Notes under the pieces: model-generated
Told to the model about the DNA's origin: nothing
Seen by the model: only the letters and a program-made list of their open reading frames with translations
Database searches by the model: none
Program-made: the position numbers and the translations under genes
Source of the DNA: Bacteroidota bacterium
Lineage (GTDB): Bacteria > Bacteroidota > Ignavibacteria > UBA10030 > UBA6906
NCBI GenBank assembly: GCA_035516035.1
Contig: DATJAS010000044.1
Location: 9,026-73,025 of the forward strand
Length of the DNA: 64,000 nt
Direction: 5' to 3'
In this document: piece after piece, positions 31,241 to 41,027 of the stretch
How positions within the stretch are numbered: position 1 is the stretch's first letter
Layout: every line of letters starts with the position of its first letter

Positions 31241-32346
31241 GCGGCCGGCCGACGTTCACGCTCGGGATCGAGGAGGAGTTCCAGACAGTCGACCCCGTCA
31301 CGCGGGATCTGCGCTCCCACATCCAGTCCCAGATCATCGCGCAGGGCAAGATGCGCCTCCAGGAGCGTGTCAAGCCCGAGATGCACGGCTCCGTGGTCGA
31401 GGTCGGCACAGGCATCTGCCACACGATCGCGGAGGCGCGCCAGGAAGTGTGCGAGCTGCGACGGAACATGGTGCGGCTCGCCGAGGAGAACGGCATCCGA
31501 CTTGCCGCCGCCGGCACACACCCGTTCGCCGACTGGAAAACGCAGGAGATATTCCCCGACGACCGCTACAGGGTGATCGTCGAGGATATGCAGCAGGTGG
31601 CGCGCGCAAACCTGATCTTCGGCCTCCACGTCCACGTCGGGATCGAAGACCGCGAGACGACCATACAGCTCATGAACGCCGCCCGGTATTTCCTGCCGCA
31701 CATCCTGGCGCTCTCCGTCAACTCCCCCTTCTGGAAAGGCTACAACACAGGGCTCAAGTCGTACCGGTGCAAGGTGTTCGACAAGTTCCCACGGACGAAC
31801 ATCCCCGACTATTTCCAGAGCTACGGCGAGTACGAGAACTTCGTCAACCTGCTCATCAAAACGCACTGCATCGACAACGCCAAGAAGATCTGGTGGGATC
31901 TCCGGCCCCACCCGTTTTTCGGGACGCTCGAGTTCCGGATCTGCGACATTCCCATGCGGGCCGACGAAACGATCGCGCTCGCCGCGCTCATGCAGGCGGT
32001 CGTCGTGAAGCTCTACAACCTCTACTCCGTGAACATGGGGTTCCGGCTCTACCGCCGCGCGCTTCTCATGGAGAACAAGTGGCGGGCGAGCAGGTACGGC
32101 ACAGAGGGGAAGTTAATTGACTTCGGGCGCCAGGAGGAGCTTCCGGCGCGAGAGCTGATCGGCGAGCTGCTGGAGTTCGTTGACGACGTCGTCGACGGCC
32201 TCGGGAGCCGGAAGGAGGTGGAGTACGTCCGGCAGATCCTCCAGGCGGGGACCGGCGCCGAGCGCCAGCTCCGCGTCTTCGAGAAAACTGGTGACCTCAA
32301 GGCGGTCGTCGACTACATTATTGAAGAGACTAAGTATGGATTGTAG
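31237..32346 (+). CDS. carboxylate-amine ligase, YbdK / glutamate-cysteine ligase family 2 (GCS2)
   Basis: Start MSGRPTFTLGIEEEFQTVDPVTRDL, plus GTHPFADW and LHVHVGIED. This is typical of YbdK-type gamma-glutamyl-cysteine-ligase-like enzymes. Confidence 0.8.
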   Translation: MSGRPTFTLGIEEEFQTVDPVTRDLRSHIQSQIIAQGKMRLQERVKPEMHGSVVEVGTGICHTIAEARQEVCELRRNMVRLAEENGIRLAAAGTHPFADWKTQEIFPDDRYRVIVEDMQQVARANLIFGLHVHVGIEDRETTIQLMNAARYFLPHILALSVNSPFWKGYNTGLKSYRCKVFDKFPRTNIPDYFQSYGEYENFVNLLIKTHCIDNAKKIWWDLRPHPFFGTLEFRICDIPMRADETIALAALMQAVVVKLYNLYSVNMGFRLYRRALLMENKWRASRYGTEGKLIDFGRQEELPARELIGELLEFVDDVVDGLGSRKEVEYVRQILQAGTGAERQLRVFEKTGDLKAVVDYIIEETKYGL

Positions 32347-32358
32347 CACCCGATCCCG

Positions 32359-32493
32359 GTCATTGCGAGGCCGCCGCAGGCGGCCGAAGCAATCCATGCC
32401 ATGCCACCGCTGTCATTGTGAGGAGCGCTTTTTGCGACGAAGCAATCTATGACAAGCCCCCGTCATTGCGAGCGAAGCGAAGCAATCCATGCC
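32359..32493. repeat. three tandem copies of the 'gtcattgcgag...gaagcaatcc(a/t)atg' intergenic repeat
   Basis: Units start at 32359, 32412 and 32462. The last unit's ...aatccATGcc supplies the ATG of the M29 peptidase gene at 32489. Spurious ORFs translate to DCFASLAMT / VIASEAKQS. Confidence 0.75.
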
Positions 32494-33511
32494 GACTGAT
32501 CTCCTGAACATCCCCCTCGACCCCGATCTCCTCCCCGGCGCGCACAACGCGATCGCGGTCTGCCTTGCGGTGCGTCCCGGAGAGCGGGTCACGCTGATCA
32601 CGGACGCGGCGTCTGAAGCAATCGGGGCCAGCATCTACCGGGAGATCCTGGGGGCGGGAGCGTCGTGCAGCGTCTTCCTCCTCGAGGACTTCGGGACGCG
32701 CCCCCACAAAACGATGCCAAGGGAAATCCTCGACGAGCTTGGCCGAAGCCAGGTGAGCGTGTACGCCGCCGTCGGCCAGCCGGGCGAGCTCGGGACGCGG
32801 ATGGAAATGACCCGCGTGGTGAGCGAGCGGAAGATCCGCCACGCCCACATGATCAACATCAACCGGCGCATCATGACCGAGGGGATGCGCGCCGACTTCC
32901 GTGCTGTCGATTCGCTCAGCGCGCGCGTGCTTGACGCCGTGCAGGGCGCCTCGCGCATCAGGGCGACGACGCCGCTGGGAACTGATATCACCGTGGATCT
33001 CAGTCCCTCTCTCCGCTGGGTGAAGACGAGCGGTCTCATCAGTCCCGATCACTGGGGAAACCTCCCCGGGGGAGAGATCTTCACGTGCCCGGGCGCGGTC
33101 GAGGGGACGTTCGTCGTGGACGGCGTGGTGGGGGACTATCTCTGCGCGAAGTACGGCGACCTTGCTGCCGCGCCCCTCACCGTGGAAATCCGTGGGAGCC
33201 GGCTCAAAAGCGCTCGCTCGGAGAACCGCGGCCTGGAGCGAGAGTTCTGGGAATACTGCCACGCGGACGGTGAGAGCGACCGGGTGGGGGAGTTCGCGAT
33301 CGGCACGAACCTCGCCGTGGATCACGTGATCGGACACATCCTGCAGGACGAGAAGATCCCCGGGGTGCACATCGCATTCGGCAACCCGGCGGGAGAGCAA
33401 ACGGGTGCAAATTGGACGTCGGGCGCACACATTGACGTCGTGGGAACGCGCTTCAGCATATGGGCGGACGAGAGGCAAATCATGTCGGACGGGAAGTTCG
33501 TGCTCTCATGA
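32489..33511 (+). CDS. aminopeptidase, M29 (AmpS/PepS thermophilic metalloprotease) family
   Basis: 340 aa. The N-terminal half fits M29 aminopeptidase topology. GNLPGGEIFTCP and EFAIGTN near the C-terminus are M29 hallmarks. Confidence 0.65.
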   Translation: MPTDLLNIPLDPDLLPGAHNAIAVCLAVRPGERVTLITDAASEAIGASIYREILGAGASCSVFLLEDFGTRPHKTMPREILDELGRSQVSVYAAVGQPGELGTRMEMTRVVSERKIRHAHMININRRIMTEGMRADFRAVDSLSARVLDAVQGASRIRATTPLGTDITVDLSPSLRWVKTSGLISPDHWGNLPGGEIFTCPGAVEGTFVVDGVVGDYLCAKYGDLAAAPLTVEIRGSRLKSARSENRGLEREFWEYCHADGESDRVGEFAIGTNLAVDHVIGHILQDEKIPGVHIAFGNPAGEQTGANWTSGAHIDVVGTRFSIWADERQIMSDGKFVLS

Positions 33512-33548
33512 GCTTCTCCGGGCGCTCACGCCACCAGGGGCACATTAG

Positions 33549-34736
33549 ATGATCAGCGAACTGCGAAGCGAATTCAACAGGCAGTGGACGCCGGAGCGGT
33601 ACCAGCGGCTCCTTGAGCGGCTCGACGCCCGCTGCGGCACGCATGTCGGATTCCGCGTGTGCGAGACCCCGATATTCATCCCCGGCCCGTTAATGCGCGC
33701 CATGGAGGAGGGTGGGCGGGAGATCATGGAGCAGCTCGCGGATAGCGCGGAATACCGCTCGGCCTCAGAAGCGGCGATACCGGAGCGCTACCGCGCCATG
33801 CGCGAGGACCCCCACCCGCTCTTTGCTGCCGTCGATTTCGGCATCGAGAGGACCCCCGATGGGAGGCTTCACCCCAGGCTGATCGAGCTTCAGGGGTTCC
33901 CCACGCTCTTCGCGTACCAGCCAGTGCTTTGCCAGGAGTACGGCGCGGTTTACGATATTTCTCCCGATCTCGCCCAGTACGCGCACGGAATAGACGGCGA
34001 GGCGTACGGCCGCCTGTTCCGGTCGGCTGTCCTGGGAAACCGCGCTCCCGAGAACGTCATCCTGATGGAGATCGACCCGCTGAAGCAGAAAACATTACCC
34101 GATTTCCTGTTGACAACGCGGCTCTGCGGCGTTGCAACCGTCAATATCAGGGAGATCGTGAGGAAAAAAAGGAGGCTCTACTACAAAAAGGGAGCAACAC
34201 TGGTTCCGATCGACCGTATCTACAACCGGGTGATTCCTGAGGACCTGGAGAGATCCGGAGCGCGCGCGCCGTTTGCGTTCTCCGAGGATATCGAGGTCGA
34301 GTGGGCCGGCCATCCCAACTGGTTTTTCCGCATGAGCAAGTTCTCGCTTCCCTTCATCGTCCACCCCGCGGTCCCCGAGACGCTCTTTCTCGATGCGGGG
34401 GCGTCGCGCATGGGGGACCCGCGTGAGTGGGTGCTCAAGCCCCTCTATTCCTTTGCCGGGAGCGGCGTGAAAGTCTCTCCTTCGCGTGCGGACATCGACG
34501 CGATCCCGCGCTCGAAACGGCGCGAGTACATACTCCAGAAGCGCGTGGAGTATGCTCCCGTGGTCGAGACTCCCGCGGGGGGGACGAAAGCGGAGGTGCG
34601 GATTCTCTATATCTGGACGGACCGGCCCGTGCCCGTCCTCAACCTTGTCCGGCTCGGACGCGGCGCCCAGATGGGGGTCGACCACAACAGGACGATGGAC
34701 TGGGTGGGCGGATCGGCCGGCTTCTGGACCGCATGA
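33549..34736 (+). CDS. glutathionylspermidine-synthase-like / ATP-grasp-like amidoligase family protein
   Basis: RLHPRLIELQGFPTLFAYQP resembles the LLEYNADTPT core of the GSP-synthase preATP-grasp family. The C-terminus has a GSGVKV...ILQKRVEY ATP-grasp-like strand. Family call is by recall only. Confidence 0.4.
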   Translation: MISELRSEFNRQWTPERYQRLLERLDARCGTHVGFRVCETPIFIPGPLMRAMEEGGREIMEQLADSAEYRSASEAAIPERYRAMREDPHPLFAAVDFGIERTPDGRLHPRLIELQGFPTLFAYQPVLCQEYGAVYDISPDLAQYAHGIDGEAYGRLFRSAVLGNRAPENVILMEIDPLKQKTLPDFLLTTRLCGVATVNIREIVRKKRRLYYKKGATLVPIDRIYNRVIPEDLERSGARAPFAFSEDIEVEWAGHPNWFFRMSKFSLPFIVHPAVPETLFLDAGASRMGDPREWVLKPLYSFAGSGVKVSPSRADIDAIPRSKRREYILQKRVEYAPVVETPAGGTKAEVRILYIWTDRPVPVLNLVRLGRGAQMGVDHNRTMDWVGGSAGFWTA

Positions 34737-34761
34737 TCACCATGACGAGGATAACTCACAC

Positions 34762-36687
34762 ATGACCGGAGACCCCATGAACCCGTTGCGCGATTTCACG
34801 CTCTGCCTTCTCGGACTCTCCCTGGCGGCGTCCACTGGCGCCGTCAGCCAGCAGGAACGGGACCGCTCGAAGATTCCCGAGAAGTACCGCTGGAATCTCG
34901 CCGACATCTATCCGGACGACGAGGCATGGGCGAAGGCTAAGGACGCATTCGTCGCGAAGATCGGCCCCGCGGACAAACCCGAAGGGGTGATGGAACAGTT
35001 CCGGGGAAAACTCGGCGAATCGCCGGCGACGCTTCTCGCCTGCCTCAACGGATCAAGCGACCTGGCAAAAGAATACGCGCGGCTTTCCGTGTACGCGAGC
35101 CTGCTCTCGGACCAGGATATCAGCATCGCGGCGAACGTCGAAAAGGTACAGACGATCGGCCAGGCGGGCTCGACGTTTGGGGCGAAGCTGTCGTTTATCG
35201 AGCCCGAGCTGCTTCAGGTAGGAAAGGAAAAGATTGAAGGCTTCATCGCGGCGGAGCCGAAGCTCGGGATCTACAAGCACTATCTCGAAGACGTCCTTCG
35301 CCGGAAGGCTCACACCGGGACGGCGAACGAGGAGAAGATCATTGCCGATGCCTCGCTTATGGCGGATGCGCCGAGCAACATGTACGGCGTCTTCTCCAAC
35401 GCGGACTTTCCGTTTCCGTCCGTGACGCTGAGCGACGGGAAGACCGTGAAGCTGGACAAGGCCGCGTTCGCGCTCTACCGGGCCGTGCCCAACCGCGACG
35501 ACAGGATGAAGGTGTTTGACGCATTCTTCGGGGCGATCGACAGGTACCGCGGGACATTCGGGACGCAGCTCTACGCCGAAGTCAAGAAGGATATGTTCTA
35601 CAAGTCCGCCCGCAAGTACGGTAGCTCGCTTGAGGTGGCCCTCGACGCCGACAATATCCCCGTGGCGGTGTACAAAGGACTGGTGAAGAGCGTCAATGAC
35701 AACCTGGCGACGTTCCACCGCTACCTGAAGCTCCGGGCCCGTATGCTGGGGGTCGATCAACTCCATTATTACGACCTCTATTCCCCCGTGGTGAAAAATA
35801 CTGATATCAACTACACCTACGAGGAGGCAGAGAAGCTGGTGCTTGCGTCGCTCGCGCCGCTCGGGGCGGACTACATCGCGGTGGCCAAAAAGGGGTTCGC
35901 CGACCGGTGGCTCGACGTCTACCCGAACACTGGGAAACGCTCCGGGGCGTATTCGCAGGGGGCTGCCTACGACGTCCATCCCTACATGCTCCTCAACTAC
36001 AACGGGAAGTACGACGACGTGAGCACGCTTGCCCACGAGTTCGGCCACACGATGCACAGCTACCTGGCGAACACGTCACAGCCGTGGCCCACGTCCCAGT
36101 ACTCGACGTTCGTCGCGGAGGTCGCCTCCACGTTCAACGAGGCGCTCCTGATGGATTACATGCTCAAGACGGTAAAGGACGACGACGTGCGCCTCTCGAT
36201 GCTGGGGAGTTATCTCGACGGGATGAAGGGGACGCTCTTCCGGCAGACGCAGTTCGCCGAGTTCGAGCTCGCGATCCACGATTCCGCCGAGAACGGCGTC
36301 TCACTTACCGGGGACATGCTCGACGCGCTCTACGAGAAGATCACGCGCCGCTACTACGGGCACGACCAGGGGATCTGCATCGTCGACAGTAGCGTCCGCG
36401 CCGAGTGGGCCTACATCCCCCACTTCTACTACAACTTCTACGTCTTCCAGTATGCGACGTCGGTGACGGCGAGCTCCGCGCTCTCGGAGCAGGTGCTCGG
36501 CGGCGACAAGGGGGTCACGAAAAAGTACCTGGAGATGCTCCACTCCGGCGGCTCTGACTACCCCATTGAGCTGCTGAAGAGAGCGGGGATCGACATGACC
36601 ACCCCGGTGCCGTTCCAGCTTGCGATGAAGAAGATGAACAGAGTGATGGACGAGATGGAGAAGATACTGGAAAAGAAGAAGCACTAA
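34762..36687 (+). CDS. pepF: oligoendopeptidase F (M3B family), secreted
   Basis: Signal peptide after MTGDPMNPLRDFTLCLLGLSLAAS. Zinc site HEFGHTMHSY. Start moved to 34762; the upstream track extension overlaps the preceding gene. Confidence 0.8.
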   Translation: MTGDPMNPLRDFTLCLLGLSLAASTGAVSQQERDRSKIPEKYRWNLADIYPDDEAWAKAKDAFVAKIGPADKPEGVMEQFRGKLGESPATLLACLNGSSDLAKEYARLSVYASLLSDQDISIAANVEKVQTIGQAGSTFGAKLSFIEPELLQVGKEKIEGFIAAEPKLGIYKHYLEDVLRRKAHTGTANEEKIIADASLMADAPSNMYGVFSNADFPFPSVTLSDGKTVKLDKAAFALYRAVPNRDDRMKVFDAFFGAIDRYRGTFGTQLYAEVKKDMFYKSARKYGSSLEVALDADNIPVAVYKGLVKSVNDNLATFHRYLKLRARMLGVDQLHYYDLYSPVVKNTDINYTYEEAEKLVLASLAPLGADYIAVAKKGFADRWLDVYPNTGKRSGAYSQGAAYDVHPYMLLNYNGKYDDVSTLAHEFGHTMHSYLANTSQPWPTSQYSTFVAEVASTFNEALLMDYMLKTVKDDDVRLSMLGSYLDGMKGTLFRQTQFAEFELAIHDSAENGVSLTGDMLDALYEKITRRYYGHDQGICIVDSSVRAEWAYIPHFYYNFYVFQYATSVTASSALSEQVLGGDKGVTKKYLEMLHSGGSDYPIELLKRAGIDMTTPVPFQLAMKKMNRVMDEMEKILEKKKH

Positions 36688-36734
36688 AAAAAAAATTAAT
36701 TCAATAACGCGTTGAATGCAGAGCCGACTATTGA

Positions 36735-37955
36735 CTACCTGACTTTGAACAAATACCGGCCAGAGGGCTGATCGCATCCGACATACACCTTGCCGTCAGC
36801 ACTGATTGCGGGATCGGAATCGATGTCGGGGACAGTTCCGTCCAGGTTTCTGAGACTCAACCGGAACTTTGGCGTCCCGTTTGGATAAAGCGCCATGAAG
36901 TTGACGCTATCTGCCGCTGTAAGGCCCGTCGACCATCCGAAATACAGGGTGCCATCACGGTCGATTGCCGGAACCGACTCGAGATTCGCCACGCTCGGCA
37001 GTTGATAATTCCACTTGGGGTTACCTGCATAATCAAATGCAAAGACTCCCTGATTACCAGCAATGTAGATCGATCCGTCCCATCCAATTATAGGATTGAG
37101 TTCGTAAAGATAACCCCAGTTAATCCCCCGCGCTACCCACCGGACAGCACCCGACGGAGTGAGCGAATAAAGGGCGTGCTGGCTGTCTCCGATGTAGATA
37201 TTCCCATCATTATCAACGGCCGGATCTGAGCCGCCAATCACAAATCTCCACCTGAGCGTCCCGCTCGTATCCAACGCATAGAGCGCCTTTAGCCCGGTTG
37301 CATAAATGGTGGCCCCGTCGGGTGACATGGTAGGAGAAGTCCCGAGTGGATCGGTGCTGTCGGGTTTCACTTTCCACCGCAGTGACCCATCCTTACGAAT
37401 TGCATAAAGCGAATCTGATGCAAAGAACACCGTCCCTCCGTCCCTGGAAATTGTTGGCGTGAATGGCGTGATCCCGTTGGGTGCGAATGGATACTCCCAA
37501 TTGAGATTGCCACTGCGATCGTGGGACACAAGGAACAGTCCTGCCCATCCGTAGATTGAGCCGTCACTCGAGATCACCAATGAACCGCTGGACGAGCCTT
37601 CGGCGGCTTGCCACTCCACGCTTCCCGTTTGAGAGACGGCAGTCAGTGAACCAGAAAATGTGCTGAAATATACCGAGCCGTCTACATCGATAGCCGGCGA
37701 GCAATACACAGCACTTCCTGCATCTACACGCCATTCCATAGCCCCCGATTGTGGCCCGGCATAGGAGCTTCTGCCCGTGTGTTGCGGGTCGTGTAGCCGC
37801 ATCGGCCACGCTGAACTTGCGAGGCCTGGCCACGGGATGTTTACTTGCTGCTTCGTGACCCAATTGTTGCTGGGGCCCGGTTCAACAATCGTTCTTTTCT
37901 TGGTGCAAGAGAAGGAAGAGAGGAGCAAAAACAGAAGAAGCAAAGTCCGTTTCAT
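36735..37955 (-). CDS. PQQ-like beta-propeller repeat lipoprotein
   Basis: Lipoprotein signal MKRTLLLLFLLLSSFSC. Repeated GS(V/I)Y...G(S/T)L.A. propeller blades. GC is lower (~53-55%) than the surrounding genome. Confidence 0.6.
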   Translation of the reverse strand: MKRTLLLLFLLLSSFSCTKKRTIVEPGPSNNWVTKQQVNIPWPGLASSAWPMRLHDPQHTGRSSYAGPQSGAMEWRVDAGSAVYCSPAIDVDGSVYFSTFSGSLTAVSQTGSVEWQAAEGSSSGSLVISSDGSIYGWAGLFLVSHDRSGNLNWEYPFAPNGITPFTPTISRDGGTVFFASDSLYAIRKDGSLRWKVKPDSTDPLGTSPTMSPDGATIYATGLKALYALDTSGTLRWRFVIGGSDPAVDNDGNIYIGDSQHALYSLTPSGAVRWVARGINWGYLYELNPIIGWDGSIYIAGNQGVFAFDYAGNPKWNYQLPSVANLESVPAIDRDGTLYFGWSTGLTAADSVNFMALYPNGTPKFRLSLRNLDGTVPDIDSDPAISADGKVYVGCDQPSGRYLFKVR

Positions 37956-38204
37956 GTAGCCGCCTCACTCGTCTCGCGTGAGAGTTTCGATCTGCGAACG
38001 ACAATCCTGCCCGCCACGGCGACAGAGAAACGCTCCCCACGAGTGACTTGAATCTAGCCTCCCCCCCAGCCACAGTCAATTGCGCGTGTTGGGTGTCATG
38101 CTGAGCGGAGAAAAACCTGTCATTCTCAATACCATCAGCGGAGCCGATTGACATTCGGCGGAGAGGGGGATATCTTCAGGAAAATCATCTGGGATGGAAG
38201 AGAA

Positions 38205-38774
38205 ATGAAGATCATTGGGATGATTCTCGCTGTAGCGCTCTGCACAGCCAACGCACGCAATCAGGATCTCCCGGCAGCCGCGAGAAATGCTCTTGATACC
38301 AGATTCTCGCACTGGCATTTCCGACCCGCTCACATCCCGAGTCCGTGCGACACTCAGAGCGCCAACCCAGTTCTTCTCACCGCGGTTCAGAAATGCAATC
38401 TCAACGACGATCAGACACCAGATTATGCGGTGGTGGTGACCACAGGTGATGATTTGCAGATGATGGAGTACTTCCTTGCCCTCGTCTCGAACAGTGACAG
38501 CTTCGATGTGTTTGTCATCGATTCAGCCCGAAACCATTTTGGCGCAGGGGAGCGGTTACTGCAAATTGTGCACGCCGGTGATTCCACCGCCTTTTTTGAC
38601 GACGAAGAGGAAGTCGCCAGGTATGGCAAACTCGTCGACGACAACATGATGATTGTCTTTCCGACTGACGCGCTTGAGACCTCGCCAGGATGTGAGGCAC
38701 ACTACGGAAGGTTGGAGTACGATGTGTACGTCTTCATTCGTGGGAGATTCTTGTCATTTGGTGCGGCTGACTAG
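38205..38774 (+). CDS. hypothetical secreted protein (190 aa)
   Basis: Signal peptide MKIIGMILAVALCTANA. No family recognised. Lies in the low-GC region. Confidence 0.45.
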   Translation: MKIIGMILAVALCTANARNQDLPAAARNALDTRFSHWHFRPAHIPSPCDTQSANPVLLTAVQKCNLNDDQTPDYAVVVTTGDDLQMMEYFLALVSNSDSFDVFVIDSARNHFGAGERLLQIVHAGDSTAFFDDEEEVARYGKLVDDNMMIVFPTDALETSPGCEAHYGRLEYDVYVFIRGRFLSFGAAD

Positions 38775-38828
38775 TGAGGGGCTGGGTCTGGTTGGAAAGA
38801 GGATTGAGTCAATTAGGAGGAGTCACAT

Positions 38829-39101
38829 ATGGTACCGAAGCGCCGCCAGCCGACGCACCCGGGTGAAATCCTCAAGGAAGAGTTCCTCCGTCCGATGGGC
38901 ATGAGCCAGGTTGAGTTGGCCCGGCGTATGGGTGTTCCAATCCAGCGGGTAAACACGCTGATCAACGGGAAACGCGATATGACCGCTGAGACAGCCATCC
39001 TGCTGTCTCGTGTACTAAAGACCACGTCCGAATTCTGGATGAATCTCCAGGTCGCGGTTGATCTTTTGAGAGCTTCCCGGAGCATCGGGCATACAGCATA
39101 G
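38829..39101 (+). CDS. higA: HigA-family antitoxin (XRE-type HTH)
   Basis: HPGEILKEEFLRPMGMSQVELARRMGVPIQRVNTLINGKRDMTAETAILLSRVL is the canonical HigA antidote HTH. No higB-like ORF lies adjacent. Confidence 0.8.
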   Translation: MVPKRRQPTHPGEILKEEFLRPMGMSQVELARRMGVPIQRVNTLINGKRDMTAETAILLSRVLKTTSEFWMNLQVAVDLLRASRSIGHTA

Positions 39102-39244
39102 CACTCAGCGGCCGGAGGTTAGCAGCAAGCCAATTTCTCCAAGTCAATCCCTGCGCGATATTGAACGGCGAACAAGAAAACTGCGGAACTACGAATGGCG
39201 ACGGGTCGGGCCGGAGGGGCAGAACTCTGAATGCTGAATTCTGA

Positions 39245-40780
39245 ATGACGAATACAAAAAGCGGGGCGGTTCCTGGTTCTCAGACGAATCTGCTCATGCG
39301 CAAAGGTAGGATGATAGTTGCTCTGTCCGTGACACTTTCCGTGTGCCTCATTTGCTTGCTTCTGAAGTATTTGCACCCTCTCGAAGAGATTTCTGCCACT
39401 GCCAACAAAGCCGGCAAGGCGACGAGCATCGATTCGACAAAGAAACTCCTTATCTCCACAACAGGATTTCCGGTTGACTCAATTCGGCACGATAGCCTCA
39501 ATGGCCACGCCGTCACGCATTTGACGATACGCCAACCTGAACGAGTACCTGTTGCACATCTCCTCTTCGCAGACACGTCAAACGCTTTGAAGGTGGGGAT
39601 ATACGATCTCAGTTGGCGAACCGGAGAGATAACCCACCTCTTTGATTTGCCGGACGGGGCTCAATTCCCACCTGCAGGTCTTCAAGTGAACTTCAGAGGT
39701 GTGGCAACTTATTTTGCGATGGACTCCTGACGGACCACCGTATTGACATTACGGAGTTCTGGAGGTACAAAAACATTCCCACCACCTGGCCGTGATCAAG
39801 AGATCTGGTCATTTGACTATGATTCCCGCGAAATAACTCTCAAGGAATCGGACCAATACCCCGCTGCCTTGCTTTCACCGCATGGATCTGATGTTGTAAC
39901 TTGGTGGAATCGAACTGTTGCTCTTGTAGATACCGAGCACGGCACACTTGAAAAAGAATTTCATATCTCACGGCTGATCAGCGGCGAAGCCGGGCTCCGC
40001 GAGACGTACGTTGACTCCTTCAAAGTAAGTGGAGCACTAAGCGACCACAACGAGGTATTTAATGTTGTGGCCTGGGACCCGGTTCGGCCATCCACCATTT
40101 TCGTGTCGAACTTCTTTTCAGATCAACTCACCAATGGATCAAGAGGACTCTGGACATATGATCTAGACACGCACACTTTCACGCTGGTCGATGCGTTGGT
40201 TGAACAGTTTCTATCCATCTCAACTGATGGAGAATATCTGCTGTACACCAACAATGATGAAACGTGTTGCGCCGGAGTGAACTACACCGACAATCAGCTG
40301 ATCTTACTGGATCTCCTTCAGCATTCCAGGGTCATTTTGTATGACGAATTCGTCCGATACGGCAACGAGAACAAGGCAGAAGACCATGTACCCGTTTCAG
40401 CTTTCTTCTCGCCAAACAACATGTTGTTTGCTACAACAATCGAGGACTTTCAAGATCGGAATATGCTATCGTCAGCGGGTCCGCGTCGGGAGGGAGTCCC
40501 AGACAGCATGGTTGGAGGCAAGCACATTCTGTACTCTCGTCTGGGTGGGTCCACCAGTAACGAAGTTCCTGATTGTGAATTAGTCGGTTGGGCGGATTCT
40601 GTGCACATGCTGATGAGGACCTTCAAAGAGGAGTGGTTGCCCAGAGGCCGGGCTGCCGGTGATTTTGGATGGAAGCAGCAAGAAGGGCCCTTGCAGTCTC
40701 TGGATATCCGCGATGGAAAGGTAATTCGGGTCTTTGAAAAACCGGTCCGCTTTCTACAGGTCGATTGGGAGTGGGATTAA
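39245..40780 (+). pseudogene. membrane-anchored beta-propeller-like protein interrupted by a single in-frame TGA (39728-39730)
   Basis: ORFs 39245-39730 and 39743-40780 are in the same frame, separated only by one TGA plus 12 nt. The second ORF has no ATG (track used TTG). The first has an N-terminal TM segment (IVALSVTLSVCLICLLL). GC ~47-50%. Confidence 0.5.
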
Positions 40781-40994
40781 GTCCCAGATCGGACATCTGA
40801 GAGAGAACCCTTTGCACTCCTCACGCTAGCAGTGTCAAATGAAAGAGGCGAAAGTGAGACACAGGGCCCCCACGTCACAGGATACAAGGACCATGACAAG
40901 GTGGTAACCCTATTGAACGTACAGGATTCCTCGTAACAGCTGTCGAAGGTAGGGTAAGTCCATAAGCTATTGAACGTGCTGCGGCATAAAATAA

Positions 40995-41027
40995 GAAGAG
41001 TCATCGGATACTGCCCGATGACTCTTC
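40995..41027 (-). terminator. rho-independent terminator for the PFOR/DHOD-like operon
   Basis: Perfect 13-bp stem gaagagtcatcgg/ccgatgactcttc with a 7-nt loop. On the minus strand it is followed by cttattttat, ~58 nt after the DHOD-like gene stop. Confidence 0.65.

Noticed and set aside
34486-34761. N-terminal 92-codon extension of the pepF ORF in the track
   Set aside because: It overlaps the preceding gene and is Arg/Ser/Gly-rich. The signal peptide and a sensible start are at 34762.
38653-38904. Small ORF upstream of and overlapping higA, considered as a possible HigB
   Set aside because: No RelE/HigB-like motifs. It overlaps the end of the upstream secreted-protein gene in another frame.
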